Positions 23,763 through 35,154 of a stretch of 64,000 nt of DNA are shown here, one piece after another. Both the position numbers and the translations under genes were made by a program. Under the pieces are notes generated by a model. That model searched no databases. It saw only the letters and a program-made list of their open reading frames with translations, and had not been told where the DNA came from. The stretch is from TPA_inf: Saccharomyces. Taxonomy: Eukaryota. The stretch covers positions 1 to 64,000 of the forward strand of contig BK006935.2 in assembly GCA_000146045.2 (NCBI GenBank), read 5' to 3'. Each line of letters begins with the position of its first letter. The stretch's first letter is position 1.

Positions 23763-23999
23763 ATGATATCGATAACGGTGAAATTCTTTTCATGGATTTT
23801 TGTTGCCCAAGAAAATAACAATAACGTTTTCTTTATGATACATATATCTACTTTTTCAAAAAAGGAAGCGCAAGAATTATCATTTAGTTCAATTTGAATA
23901 TTTGAAAGTTTGGAGGAGAAACAGTTAAAAAATAATTCATGTCAGCGTATATTTAGCAAAGAAAAGATACACAGATACGTAAAAAGAACGCGAATTTTA

Positions 24000-26900
24000 T
24001 TAAATAATTGCCAGCAATAAGGACGCAATGAAGACACTTAAACCACTACCGGCCAGTAAGCTGTTGGCACTGCCAGCATACGTTGAAATTTCTAAAGAAG
24101 CTGTACTAGATCCTACCATGCTACTTGCTGGTGTGCTACGAGGCTGTTGCGACATAGTACTCAACCCGGAACTTGTTAGACTCTTGGTGTTGCCAGTTTC
24201 GGATACAGAAACAACACTACTGCTGTGACCAATCACATCGGTCGCGGAAGCCGTCTGTGTTTCAGCATGATTGAATCTTGAAATTGAAGAGGTGACTACT
24301 GTTTTCGTCTCAGCAGCTCCAGTACTGGTAGTTGTCTCAGCAGCTCCAGTATTGGTTGTTGTCTCACTGGTAGCACTGTTCATTTTAGAGCTGACAGACT
24401 GTTCATTCGTAGTCTGTGGCCTCCATGTAGAATAGACCGTAACAACATCATTCACAGTAGCCGTGGCCGTCGAAACAATGGCAGGTGAAGTAGTTTCGGA
24501 ACACACACCAGATCCGCAGGAAGTAACAGTAACTAGCGTAGTTTGTTGCTTCGATTCTGTGGTGGAAATAGGACACCATGTTGTGTATTCTGTGGTAACG
24601 CCATTAATAGTAGCAGTGCTTGTAGATACAATGGCTGGAGAAGCAGTCTTAGAGCATACGTCAGATTCACAAGAAGAAATTGTAACTACTGTGGTTTGTT
24701 TTGTTGTTTCTGTGGTTTGCTCTGTTGTCCCCTTGGTTTGCTTTGTTGTCTCCGTAGTTTGCTTTGTTATCTCTGTGGTAGAAATAGGGCACCATGTGGT
24801 ATACTCTGTTGTGGCACCGCTAACAGTAACGGTGGCCGTGGAAACAATCGCAGAGGAGATAGATTCAGTGCACACATGAGATTCGCAGGATGTCACGGTA
24901 ACCAAAGTGGTTTGTTCGCTCGTTTTTGTAGTGGTAACAGGTGGTAATGAAGAAGTAATTTCCTGACTTGTTGTTGCACTGGTAACAGGTGGTAATGATG
25001 AAGACGAATATGTAGACTTTGGTGATTCAGAAGAGATAGAAGAGGAAGAAGAGGCAGAACTAGCTGAACCCGTTTCGCTCTCAGAAGAACCAGAGGTGGA
25101 ACTACTGGTTGGAATGACGGATGATTTAGATGATTCAGAGAGTATAGAAGCGGAGGTTGTTGTAGAAGAAATGACAGGGGAAGAAATGAATGAAGAAGAA
25201 ATGACTGGAGAAGAAGTGACTAGAGAAGAAGTGACTGAGGAAGAAATGACTAGAGAAGAAGTGTCTGAGGAAGAAATTACTGAGGAGGAAATCACAGAAG
25301 TTCCATTGCTAGGATAGAATGGGGTAATAATTGGACGCGCAGACGTGATAAAGCTGGTGATTTGTCCTGAAGAAGATGACAAACTGGATGAGATGGCAGT
25401 AGTTGGAGTTTTGACAATAATGACAGTTTCATCAGTTGGTTGACCGTTGGTTCCAGTGATGGTGGTCATCTCAGTAGATGTAGAGGTGAAAGTACCGGTC
25501 CATGGCTCGGTTGTAGTTGTAACCAAACCTTCACTGGTTGGAGTTCTGATAACAATCACGGTTTCGTCAGTTGGTTGACCGTTAGTACCGGTGACGGTGG
25601 TCATCTCAGTGGATGTAGAGGTGAAAGTACCAGTCCATGGTTCAGTGGTGGTGCTGATTAGACCTTCACTAGTTGGAGTTCTGATGACAATGACGGTTTC
25701 GTCAGTTGGAACGCCGTTGGTACCGGTGACGGTGGTCATTTCAGTGGATGTAGAGGTAAAAGTGTCGTTCCATGGCTGAGTTGTAGTCATGGCAGTAGTG
25801 GCTGTTGTTGGTGTTCTGATGACAATGATGGTCTCATCAGTTGGCAAACCGTTGGTACCGGTGACGGTGGTGATTTCAGTGGATGTAGAGGTAAAAGTGT
25901 CGTTCCATGGCTGAGTTGTAGTCATGGCAGTAGTGGCTGTTGTTGGTGTTCTGATGACAATGATGGTTTCATCAGTTGGCAAACCGTTGGTACCGGTGAC
26001 GGTGGTCATTTCAGTGGATGTAGAGGTAAAAGTGTCGTTCCATGGCTGAGTTGTAGTTATGGCAGTAGTGGCTGTTGTTGGTGTTCTGATGACAATGATG
26101 GTTTCATCAGTTGGCAAACCGTTGGTACCGGTGACGGTGGTCATTTCAGTGGATGTAGAGGTAAAAGTGCTGTTCCATGGCTCAGTTGTAGTTATGGCAG
26201 TAGTGGCTGTTGTTGGTGTTCTGATGACAATGATGGTTTCATCAGTTGGCAAACCGTTGGTACCGGTGACGGTGGTCATTTCAGTGGATGTAGAGGTAAA
26301 AGTGTCGTTCCATGGCTGAGTTGTAGTCATGGCAGTAGTGGCTGTTGTTGGTGTTCTGATGACAATGATGGTCTCATCAGTTGGCAAACCATTGGTACCG
26401 GTGACGGTGGTGATTTCAGTGGATGTAGAGGTAAAAGTGTCGTTCCATGGCTGAGTTGTAGTCATGGCAGTAGTGGCTGTTGTTGGTGTTCTGATGACAA
26501 TGATGGTCTCATCAGTTGGCAAACCATTGGTACCGGTGACTGTGGTCAATTCGGTAGAAGTAGAGGTAAAAGTGTCGTTCCATGGCTGAGTTGTAGTCAT
26601 GGCAGTAGTGGCTGTTGTTGGTGTTCTGATGACAATGATGGTCTCATCAGTTGGCAAACCATTGGTACCGGTGACTGTGGTCAATTCGGTAGAAGTAGAG
26701 GTAAAAGTGTCGTTCCATGGCTGAGTTGTAGTCATGGCAGTAGTGGCTGTTGTTGGTGTTCTGATGACAATGATGGTCTCATCAGTTGGCAAACCATTGG
26801 TACCGGTGACTGTGGTCAATTCGGTAGAAGTAGAGGTAAAAGTGCTGTTCCATGGCTCAGTTGTAGTTATGGCAGTAGTGGCTGTTGTTGGTGTTCTGAT

Positions 26901-27968
26901 TACAATGATGGTTTCGTCAGTTCGTACACCATTGGTGCCAGTGACTGTGGTCAATTCGGTAGAAGTAGAGGTAAAAGTGCTGTTCCATGGCTCAGTTGTA
27001 GTTATGATGGTGCTAGCAGTTGTTGGAGTTCTGATGACAATGACGGTTTCGTCAGTTGGAACGCCGTTGGTACCGGTGACGGTGGTCATTTCAGTAGATG
27101 TAGAAGTGAAAGTACCGGTCCATGGTTCCGTTGTAGTTATGGTAGTACTGACAGTATAATTTGAAGGGTCTGGAATGGTACAGTTTGGCTGGCTTAGATT
27201 GTTGTCAAAAGTATATACGTACCCTTCAAAGTCATCACTAACGGTAGTGCCATCTGGTAGTGTCACACTAATTGGAAGTGTACCCCAGGCAACGGCATTT
27301 GAGTAAACAATCTTCATTGGATAATAGAAACCAGCATACATGTAGACAGTCCCTGTAATATTATCAGGGGGACTTCCATTCCATGGCTTGATACCATTGA
27401 TGGTGAAGTTAGTCGACGTGATGGGAGGTTGTTCTTGTGCACAACATTCGAACGCAATGCTACCACCGACTGATAGAATTGCAGAGTCGTCAACTGTAGC
27501 AAACTTGAATGTGTAAGAACCCGTCTGTGGTGGTAAAAAATAACCTGTCATTTCTAGGGTTACGTTTGTTGGGGTAGTATAGAAACCAAATAAATCAGTA
27601 CTCCAGTATGCAATTATTGGATTATTAGAACAAGCACCAATTCCTTTGCATCCCCAATTACCATATAAATCTTCTTGAGGACAAGGAAATGTGCCTGATG
27701 AACTAACACAAGGAATATTATAATCAATCGAGATATCAGTTTGTCCTCCGACAGAACCCAGTTTAGTTTTTGAGGCATATCCATAAGCCATATATGCTGC
27801 ATTCGAATATGTGGAGGAATCTCTCAATGAATACTGGTAAAAGTTTACATTCATACCATTCTTCCTTGAGTTTGCTGGCAGGCATGCCGCTGTAGTCGCA
27901 GAGACAACATTAGTTAATCCCAGCAATGTGACGATGGCTAGTAGTAAACAATAATGTGCCAGAGACAT
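24000..27968 (-). CDS. FLO9: Lectin-like cell-wall flocculin, GPI-anchored, 1322 aa from the Met at 27968 (the open frame extends to 28010)
   Basis: An N-terminal signal peptide ([24 protein letters not shown]) is followed by a PA14/Flo mannose-binding domain ([31 protein letters not shown]...[22 protein letters not shown]). Then come 13 tandem 45-aa Thr-rich repeats ([38 protein letters not shown]), a Ser/Thr-rich stalk with Cys-containing modules, and a C-terminal hydrophobic GPI-attachment tail ([14 protein letters not shown]). Confidence 0.93.
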   Translation of the reverse strand: MSLAHYCLLLAIVTLLGLTNVVSATTAACLPANSRKNGMNVNFYQYSLRDSSTYSNAAYMAYGYASKTKLGSVGGQTDISIDYNIPCVSSSGTFPCPQEDLYGNWGCKGIGACSNNPIIAYWSTDLFGFYTTPTNVTLEMTGYFLPPQTGSYTFKFATVDDSAILSVGGSIAFECCAQEQPPITSTNFTINGIKPWNGSPPDNITGTVYMYAGFYYPMKIVYSNAVAWGTLPISVTLPDGTTVSDDFEGYVYTFDNNLSQPNCTIPDPSNYTVSTTITTTEPWTGTFTSTSTEMTTVTGTNGVPTDETVIVIRTPTTASTIITTTEPWNSTFTSTSTELTTVTGTNGVRTDETIIVIRTPTTATTAITTTEPWNSTFTSTSTELTTVTGTNGLPTDETIIVIRTPTTATTAMTTTQPWNDTFTSTSTELTTVTGTNGLPTDETIIVIRTPTTATTAMTTTQPWNDTFTSTSTELTTVTGTNGLPTDETIIVIRTPTTATTAMTTTQPWNDTFTSTSTEITTVTGTNGLPTDETIIVIRTPTTATTAMTTTQPWNDTFTSTSTEMTTVTGTNGLPTDETIIVIRTPTTATTAITTTEPWNSTFTSTSTEMTTVTGTNGLPTDETIIVIRTPTTATTAITTTQPWNDTFTSTSTEMTTVTGTNGLPTDETIIVIRTPTTATTAMTTTQPWNDTFTSTSTEITTVTGTNGLPTDETIIVIRTPTTATTAMTTTQPWNDTFTSTSTEMTTVTGTNGVPTDETVIVIRTPTSEGLISTTTEPWTGTFTSTSTEMTTVTGTNGQPTDETVIVIRTPTSEGLVTTTTEPWTGTFTSTSTEMTTITGTNGQPTDETVIIVKTPTTAISSSLSSSSGQITSFITSARPIITPFYPSNGTSVISSSVISSSDTSSLVISSSVTSSLVTSSPVISSSFISSPVISSTTTSASILSESSKSSVIPTSSSTSGSSESETGSASSASSSSSISSESPKSTYSSSSLPPVTSATTSQEITSSLPPVTTTKTSEQTTLVTVTSCESHVCTESISSAIVSTATVTVSGATTEYTTWCPISTTEITKQTTETTKQTKGTTEQTTETTKQTTVVTISSCESDVCSKTASPAIVSTSTATINGVTTEYTTWCPISTTESKQQTTLVTVTSCGSGVCSETTSPAIVSTATATVNDVVTVYSTWRPQTTNEQSVSSKMNSATSETTTNTGAAETTTSTGAAETKTVVTSSISRFNHAETQTASATDVIGHSSSVVSVSETGNTKSLTSSGLSTMSQQPRSTPASSMVGSSTASLEISTYAGSANSLLAGSGLSVFIASLLLAII
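25400..27160. repeat. Array of 13 tandem 135-nt in-frame coding repeats inside FLO9
   Basis: A 135-bp periodicity holds across about 1.76 kb. Many adjacent units are nearly base-identical, for example 25786-25920 against 25921-26055. The antisense ORFs at 26059..26319 and 26734..27159 repeat for the same reason. Confidence 0.9.
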
Positions 27969-30900
27969 TTTTGGGGCTTTTATTGTACAATTGTTCTTTT
28001 TAAATTGCAATTTAAAGAGCGTACCTGTAAATAAGAAGGAAGAACGTTATGTTATTAATGGACTTTTAGTGTCATCGAATTTTATGTAATATATAAGAAG
28101 GTAGAATAATTTGGCAGGATAATGTGTTAGCAAAGGAGGAAATCGAATACCTTTAAAAGAGAAAAAATTTTTTAGCTGCTTAAATTTCTGTGTTATACCA
28201 CCCGATAGATTTTGAGTTATGCTTTCTAATTGATCTGACTGCGAACGTTTTCTTTATGCCATCTGAATTGTCAGGAACAAAGAAGAAAAAGAAAAGTTTT
28301 TAAAAAATCTGTGGTCGTGTGTGATGTACCTTTCCTTTACATGCATTAATGCGCTCTGAAATGTGGTACGATATCCTTACAGAGAATATATTTTCTGTAT
28401 ATCGTGCAATGTTGAATAACCTATGAAGGAAAGTACCCATCGCTCAAGGTAAGCATTCCAGGAGGGTCGCCAGAAACTTAAACTAGTTTTAGCGACAGAT
28501 CCGAAAATTGATAGAGACATTGAAAAAATCACTACTCCGTCCTTTTTAGTGCTTTCTCAATGCATAATTTTGGTGCACGACTAAAAAATTCTAGAACACT
28601 ATAGTTGCATTTTTTGGGCCGGAAGAAGAAAAACGCATGTAACTTTAATGTCAAATAAAGTTTTCACCTAGTAAGCGCGATACAAAAAAAACACAGAAAT
28701 AGCCATAGGAAAGTGAATTTTGTCAGCCGACTAAAATTAAGGTTAGCTTACAAAGCAGCAAAAAATTTGACATCGCACGGTATTCCCTGAAAAAGGAGCA
28801 GGCAGGTGCTGTATATTTTTTTCGGTTCCTGCCTCTTACATGGCGTCGGTGTATCTTAAATACTAAAGTGAGCTGACTACCCTTTTGAGTGCCCTATGTG
28901 ACCTCTGATCTCGAAAGTAAACAAGAGATACCTAATTTCACAGCCACTTTTTGTTGCGGACACTGACGGGATGTGTTGTGAATATTTTAAACCTTAAAAG
29001 TATTTATTGGTTAGTTATACTTAATTCTTATACGTCCTTTAAAACCAGTGTGCAGTAAGTCTGTCACACAAAAATATGATTGATGCATTTTCAAAAAATA
29101 ATGGCTTTGAGGTAATTCGTTCCACTTTTGAGACTTATTCACATGTCCCAGCTGGGTGCAATCAAAATATACCGGCATTTCAGCAAGGTAACTATATACG
29201 CTTTTTTTCTCATGGTTTTTGAAATCATACCTGCCAAGCTTGCTGCACTTGGAAGGCAACTCCGTTTTTCAGAGATTAGATCCTTTTTTTTTTGAAGAAA
29301 AGGCAGCCAAGTTACGTCATAGAGAAAACTCCCTAGAGCGCTGCAAACACTTGTTAGTTTGCAGCTTACTTCACGTGTGGCTGGAAAATTGAAAAGTTAC
29401 AATACGGTAAAAATACTTTGAAGACACTACACTATAACTGCTTGACCAAATTTTTACTCGTGAAAAATTTGTTCCAGCCGGTCTGTTACTGATATTAAGT
29501 TAAGGAATAGTAAACCGTATATTTTTCATCCACGTTTTTGTAGTTTATTTTCGGTTTACTAGCTATGCATTGATTGTCTATCAGAGCATATCAAGGTGGT
29601 TATGGAGGTGCTGATATTTAATCAATAAAATTATAGAAATTTTGAGAAAACAATAATGATTGTTTCTACAATGAAAATCAGTTCATGGAATAGTTGCCTT
29701 CGCACTACTTTTTCACCAGATTAATGGTGCATCAGAGCTTTCCCTTTTTGTCTTTTTCTTGTTTCCTTTTTCGATTGGTTTATCACGTAAGTTTCTTATG
29801 ACATAAGAAGAGGCAAGAAACGAAAAGGGAAATATTGCCTACTTTTTTCTTTTCGAACGTAAATAATGACGGGATTTTGGTGTCATTTTTTTTCGTCTGG
29901 ATTTTCTCAGAGAAGTACGTTTCGTCGCACAAGCTAAAATCATTGACAGGGCATGAGTTACGTCAATCTCTGGTCAATCCATGTCCAAAAAAATTTCTTG
30001 ATTTGTTCAAAGTTTTTGCATAGGCACATTAATTGGTTTAGCGAAGTATACATTCTGAAGAACATTTTTGGGTGTATTTTCCACATAGAAAATTCGATTT
30101 TTTTTTTTCAATGCACCACTTGTCGAGTATACGTTAACTTTAATGTATTGAAGATGCAAAAATGAAAAGCCTACTTGGCATATGGAATTACAATAAATGG
30201 TCAATTCCTGTTTAAGCTAGCAGCGGCACTGTCGGTGTAAATTTGGGTTTAAACTATTGTTTACTTACTTTGAGAAATTTATGTATCGCCTATATTTTTC
30301 AATAAGTGCGATATCTTTAGCTTTCCACAGAACCCCCCCTCAGGCTATGGACGTGCGGTTATATGATCTTCTAATAAAAATCTCTTAGACTACGGTTCAT
30401 GGAATACTTCTTGACTTCTTGGCGAAGGAAAGGCGCATAAATGTTGTGATCGAATGACCAGTAATACGTCGTTTGTTCTCTTGCTGAACAGCGAGGAAGA
30501 GATATTCATCCAAATGCATGAACGCAGAATCCTGTAAAAGTCGTAAAAATGTTAATCGCAATGTTGTAAAAACCGTCAAGGCATTTATCGTTCAAAATGG
30601 CGATCATTGTTACTACTAAACACTTACTGTTAAATTAAAAAGCTGATGTTGCGTAATCCATTGACCAATTCATAGGCAATGTATTTCAATGACGCACAAG
30701 ATTCATAACAAATTTTTTATTTACGATGTACCTGTACATTGTGCAGAAGGTCTTCAGAGTGAGTTTAAGCTAGGCTGTAAATATTTTAATGTTAAGATGA
30801 AATTTAAGTGAGCTGGTAATATCAAGTGAGGCATAATTTGTTATATGTAGCTGAACTTCAACTTTAAATAGAAAAATTACAACTAACAAGCACCGGATTG

Positions 30901-31116
30901 TTTCAGAATTCAAAGTGTAGAAGCTATTATTCTTGCAAAATAAAACGCTTTCAAAGTTTTCTTCTATAAACATACTTGTGGCAGCTTGTTTTTTTTGTTT
31001 TATTTTTAAGTTTTGTTGGGTCTCTGAGAACTTTCAAAAAAAGAAAAAGTAAAGTATGATAAAACGGAGCACTTGCCAAAGTAATTAACGCCCATTAAAA
31101 AGAAGGCATAGGAGGC

Positions 31117-31146
31117 ATATACATATATATATATATATATATATAT
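31117..31146. repeat. (TA)n microsatellite, about 14 units
   Basis: atatacatatatatatatatatatatatat is read directly. It lies about 420 bp upstream of the GDH3 ATG. Confidence 0.9.
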
Positions 31147-31460
31147 GGCTGCTGACAGATATTCTGCACTTAAAAACTAAAAATATTATACCAACTTTTC
31201 TTTTTCTTCCCGTTCAGTTTGCTTGATTGGCCCAGCTCTTTGAAGAAAGGAAAAAATGCGGAGAGGGAGCCAATGAGATTTTAAAGGGTATATTACTTAT
31301 CTTATCGATAAGCAGTATTGATATTAAAGGGACAGTTTTATCGTTGGTTAATATGGAAAAAGTGATGACCATGATGCCTTTCTTAAAAAGAGTATTTCTT
31401 TTTATTTCACTTTCACATAAACAGTTAATGACTTCTGACTTTGAGCCGTTCGAACTCAGT

Positions 31461-31468
31461 TATATAAA
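31461..31468 (+). promoter_or_regulatory. Candidate TATA box (TATATAAA) for GDH3
   Basis: A perfect TATATAAA lies 99 bp upstream of the GDH3 ATG, with the right orientation and distance for a yeast core promoter. Confidence 0.45.
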
Positions 31469-31483
31469 GGTACATACATAGGC

Positions 31484-31521
<38 letters not shown>
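31484..31521. repeat. Compound (CA)10(TA)8 microsatellite
   Basis: cacacacacacacacacacac followed by atatatatatatatata, 46-83 bp upstream of the GDH3 start codon. Confidence 0.9.
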
Positions 31522-31566
31522 GGGAAGTAGCAACAGTCACCGAAAAGAAAAGGTAAAAAGTAAAAA

Positions 31567-32940
31567 ATGACAAGCGAACCAGAGTTTCAGCAGGCTTACG
31601 ATGAGATCGTTTCTTCTGTGGAGGATTCCAAAATTTTTGAAAAATTCCCACAGTATAAAAAAGTGTTACCTATTGTTTCTGTCCCGGAGAGGATCATTCA
31701 ATTCAGGGTCACGTGGGAAAATGATAATGGCGAGCAAGAAGTGGCTCAAGGATACAGGGTGCAGTTCAATTCAGCCAAGGGCCCTTACAAGGGTGGCCTA
31801 CGCTTCCACCCATCAGTGAACCTGTCTATCCTAAAATTTTTGGGTTTTGAACAGATCTTCAAGAATGCGCTCACTGGGCTAGATATGGGCGGTGGTAAGG
31901 GTGGCCTGTGTGTGGACTTGAAAGGCAAGTCTGACAACGAGATCAGAAGGATTTGTTATGCGTTCATGAGAGAACTGAGCAGGCATATTGGTAAGGACAC
32001 AGACGTGCCCGCAGGAGATATTGGTGTCGGTGGCCGTGAAATTGGCTACCTATTCGGCGCTTACAGATCATACAAGAACTCCTGGGAAGGTGTGTTGACT
32101 GGTAAGGGTTTAAACTGGGGTGGCTCACTTATCAGGCCGGAGGCCACCGGGTTCGGCTTAGTTTACTATACGCAAGCAATGATCGATTATGCAACAAACG
32201 GCAAGGAGTCGTTTGAGGGCAAACGTGTGACAATCTCCGGAAGTGGCAATGTTGCGCAATATGCAGCTTTGAAAGTGATCGAGCTGGGTGGTATTGTGGT
32301 GTCTTTATCCGATTCGAAGGGGTGCATCATCTCTGAGACGGGCATTACTTCTGAGCAAATTCACGATATCGCTTCCGCCAAGATCCGTTTCAAGTCGTTA
32401 GAGGAAATCGTTGATGAATACTCTACTTTCAGCGAAAGTAAGATGAAGTACGTTGCAGGAGCACGCCCATGGACGCATGTGAGCAACGTCGACATTGCCT
32501 TGCCCTGTGCCACCCAAAACGAGGTCAGTGGTGACGAAGCCAAGGCCCTAGTGGCATCTGGCGTTAAGTTCGTTGCCGAAGGTGCTAACATGGGTTCTAC
32601 ACCCGAGGCTATTTCTGTTTTCGAAACAGCGCGTAGCACTGCAACCAATGCAAAGGATGCAGTTTGGTTTGGGCCACCAAAGGCAGCTAACCTGGGCGGC
32701 GTGGCAGTATCCGGTCTGGAAATGGCTCAGAATTCTCAAAAAGTAACTTGGACTGCCGAGCGGGTCGATCAAGAACTAAAGAAGATAATGATCAACTGCT
32801 TCAACGACTGCATACAGGCCGCACAAGAGTACTCTACGGAAAAAAATACAAACACCTTGCCATCATTGGTCAAGGGGGCCAACATTGCCAGCTTCGTCAT
32901 GGTGGCTGACGCAATGCTTGACCAGGGAGACGTTTTTTAG
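31567..32940 (+). CDS. GDH3: NADP-dependent glutamate dehydrogenase, 457 aa
   Basis: It carries the Glu/Leu/Phe/Val dehydrogenase catalytic lysine motif [12 protein letters not shown] and the NAD(P) Rossmann motif [12 protein letters not shown]. The sequence matches GDH3 rather than GDH1, consistent with the subtelomeric chromosome I position. Confidence 0.95.
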
Positions 32941-33268
32941 CCGTAAGCGCTATTTTCTTTTTGTTCGTAACTATCTGTGTATGTAGTAGTGTAATCTACT
33001 TTTAATTTACTATGCAAATAGGGTTCAGCATTACGGAAGAAACTGAAATCCCTTCCGCGGAAGTTTCTTAGTAGTGGCCGTGCGGGGTGAGGAGATTACA
33101 TGTCGGTAATTAGATGATTAACCTAGGCAATTTGAAGGGGGATAGTGGCATTGGTTAGCTCAGATATGATAAGGAGAACTAAGCAAGGGGGTTAACCACC
33201 ACGGCTGTAGCACAAGACCGGCAGATGCGATTATTAGCAACACATTAGTTAATGCTTTTGATAAAATG

Positions 33269-33276
33269 TATATAAA
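33269..33276 (+). promoter_or_regulatory. Candidate TATA box (TATATAAA) for BDH2
   Basis: The sequence is gtatataaaggc, about 175 bp upstream of the BDH2 ATG. Confidence 0.35.
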
Positions 33277-33447
33277 GGCTGTCGTAATGTGCAGTAGTAA
33301 GGACCTGACTGTGTTTGTGGTTCTCTTCATTCTTGAACCTTGTCATTGGTAAAAGACCATCGTCAAGATATTTGAAAGTTAATAGACAGTTAACAATAAT
33401 AACAACAGCAATAAGAATAACAATAAATTCATTGAACATATTTCAGA

Positions 33448-34701
33448 ATGAGAGCCTTAGCGTATTTCGGTAAAGGTAACATCAGATTCACCAACCATTT
33501 AAAGGAGCCACATATTGTGGCGCCCGATGAGCTTGTGATTGATATCGAATGGTGTGGTATTTGCGGTACGGACCTGCATGAGTACACAGATGGTCCTATC
33601 TTTTTCCCAGAAGATGGACACACACATGAGATTAGTCATAACCCATTGCCACAGGCGATGGGCCACGAAATGGCTGGTACCGTTTTGGAGGTGGGCCCTG
33701 GTGTGAAAAACTTGAAAGTGGGAGACAAGGTAGTTGTCGAGCCCACAGGTACATGCAGAGACCGGTATCGTTGGCCCCTGTCGCCAAACGTTGACAAGGA
33801 ATGGTGCGCTGCTTGCAAAAAGGGCTACTATAACATTTGTTCATATTTGGGGCTTTGTGGTGCGGGTGTGCAGAGCGGTGGATTTGCAGAACGTGTTGTG
33901 ATGAACGAATCTCACTGCTACAAAGTACCGGACTTCGTGCCCTTAGACGTTGCAGCTTTGATTCAACCGTTGGCTGTGTGCTGGCATGCAATTAGAGTCT
34001 GCGAGTTCAAAGCAGGCTCTACGGCTTTGATCATTGGTGCTGGCCCCATCGGACTGGGCACGATACTGGCGTTGAACGCTGCAGGTTGCAAGGACATCGT
34101 CGTTTCAGAGCCTGCCAAGGTAAGAAGAGAACTGGCTGAAAAAATGGGTGCCAGGGTTTACGACCCAACTGCGCACGCTGCCAAGGAGAGCATTGATTAT
34201 CTGAGGTCGATTGCTGATGGTGGAGACGGCTTCGATTACACATTTGATTGCTCCGGGTTGGAAGTCACATTGAATGCTGCTATTCAGTGTCTCACTTTCA
34301 GAGGCACCGCAGTGAACTTGGCCATGTGGGGCCATCACAAGATACAGTTTTCTCCGATGGACATCACATTGCATGAAAGAAAGTACACAGGGTCCATGTG
34401 CTACACACACCACGATTTTGAGGCAGTAATAGAAGCTTTGGAAGAAGGCAGGATTGACATTGATAGAGCAAGACATATGATAACGGGCAGAGTCAACATT
34501 GAGGACGGCCTTGATGGCGCCATCATGAAGCTGATAAACGAGAAGGAGTCTACAATCAAGATTATTCTGACTCCAAACAATCACGGAGAGTTGAACAGGG
34601 AAGCCGATAATGAGAAGAAAGAAATTTCCGAGCTGAGCAGTCGGAAAGATCAAGAAAGACTACGAGAATCAATAAACGAGGCTAAACTGCGTCACACATG
34701 A
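33448..34701 (+). CDS. BDH2: Zinc-containing medium-chain alcohol dehydrogenase, putative (2R,3R)-butanediol dehydrogenase paralog, 417 aa
   Basis: It has the catalytic-zinc motif (GHEMAGTV), a structural-zinc Cys cluster, and the NAD-binding motif LIIGAGPIGLG. It is collinear with the next gene BDH1 but carries an extra charged C-terminal tail of about 35 aa. Confidence 0.93.
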   Translation: MRALAYFGKGNIRFTNHLKEPHIVAPDELVIDIEWCGICGTDLHEYTDGPIFFPEDGHTHEISHNPLPQAMGHEMAGTVLEVGPGVKNLKVGDKVVVEPTGTCRDRYRWPLSPNVDKEWCAACKKGYYNICSYLGLCGAGVQSGGFAERVVMNESHCYKVPDFVPLDVAALIQPLAVCWHAIRVCEFKAGSTALIIGAGPIGLGTILALNAAGCKDIVVSEPAKVRRELAEKMGARVYDPTAHAAKESIDYLRSIADGGDGFDYTFDCSGLEVTLNAAIQCLTFRGTAVNLAMWGHHKIQFSPMDITLHERKYTGSMCYTHHDFEAVIEALEEGRIDIDRARHMITGRVNIEDGLDGAIMKLINEKESTIKIILTPNNHGELNREADNEKKEISELSSRKDQERLRESINEAKLRHT

Positions 34702-35154
34702 TTGTGATTGAGTACTCACGTTCTCGTGTTAATCCCGCGGTCTTCTTGTTTTACTAACTTTTCTTTCTCTCATAGCATTCTCTTGACAGTGTTTTATATA
34801 CATCATATGTACATTTATCGAGCCAATCGAGGGCAGCAGTTTAACATCAAGCCGGATTTGCTCACGCTACTTTGACCCCTTTTCGTTTCGACGGAGAGAA
34901 GAAACCGGTGTTTTCCTATCCTTGCCTATTCTTTCCTCCTTACGGGGTCCTAGCCTGTTTCTCTTGATATGATAATAGGTGGAAACGTAGAAAAAAAAAT
35001 CGACATATAAAAGTGGGGCAGATACTTCGTGTGACAATGGCCAATTCAAGCCCTTTGGGCAGATGTTGCCCTTCTTCTTTCTTAAAAAGTCTTAGTACGA
35101 TTGACCAAGTCAGAAAAAAAAAAAAAAAGGAACTAAAAAAAGTTTTAATTAATT

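Noticed and set aside
24463-27159. Plus-strand ORFs inside FLO9 (24463..24879, 24543..24947, 25096..25317, 25440..25779, 26059..26319, 26734..27159)
   Set aside because: These are antisense to a verified long ORF. They are repetitive with the FLO9 135-nt period, and the low-stop opposite frames are caused by Ser/Thr codon bias.
25400-27160. Highly regular direct repeats that could superficially resemble a CRISPR array
   Set aside because: The units are 135 bp, contiguous with no spacers, in frame, and encode Thr-rich flocculin repeats inside a 1322-aa ORF. This is eukaryotic sequence.
30946-31200. Candidate replication origin in the FLO9-GDH3 intergenic region (I vaguely recall an ARS annotated near here)
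   Set aside because: I could not find an 11/11 ACS match by eye in this stretch; only near-matches such as ttttatttttaa. My memory of the coordinates is unreliable, so it is not reported as a feature.
34105-34653. 182-aa ORF antisense to BDH2, plus other antisense ORFs (33632..33991, 7785..8033 in SEO1, 32361..32772 in GDH3, 35619..35879 and 35995..36180 in BDH1, 38108..38573 in CNE1, 47791..48132 in FLC2, 59041..60093 in PTA1, 61826..62434 in ERV46)
   Set aside because: Each lies wholly inside a conserved gene on the other strand, and none has a recognisable domain. They are chance open frames.
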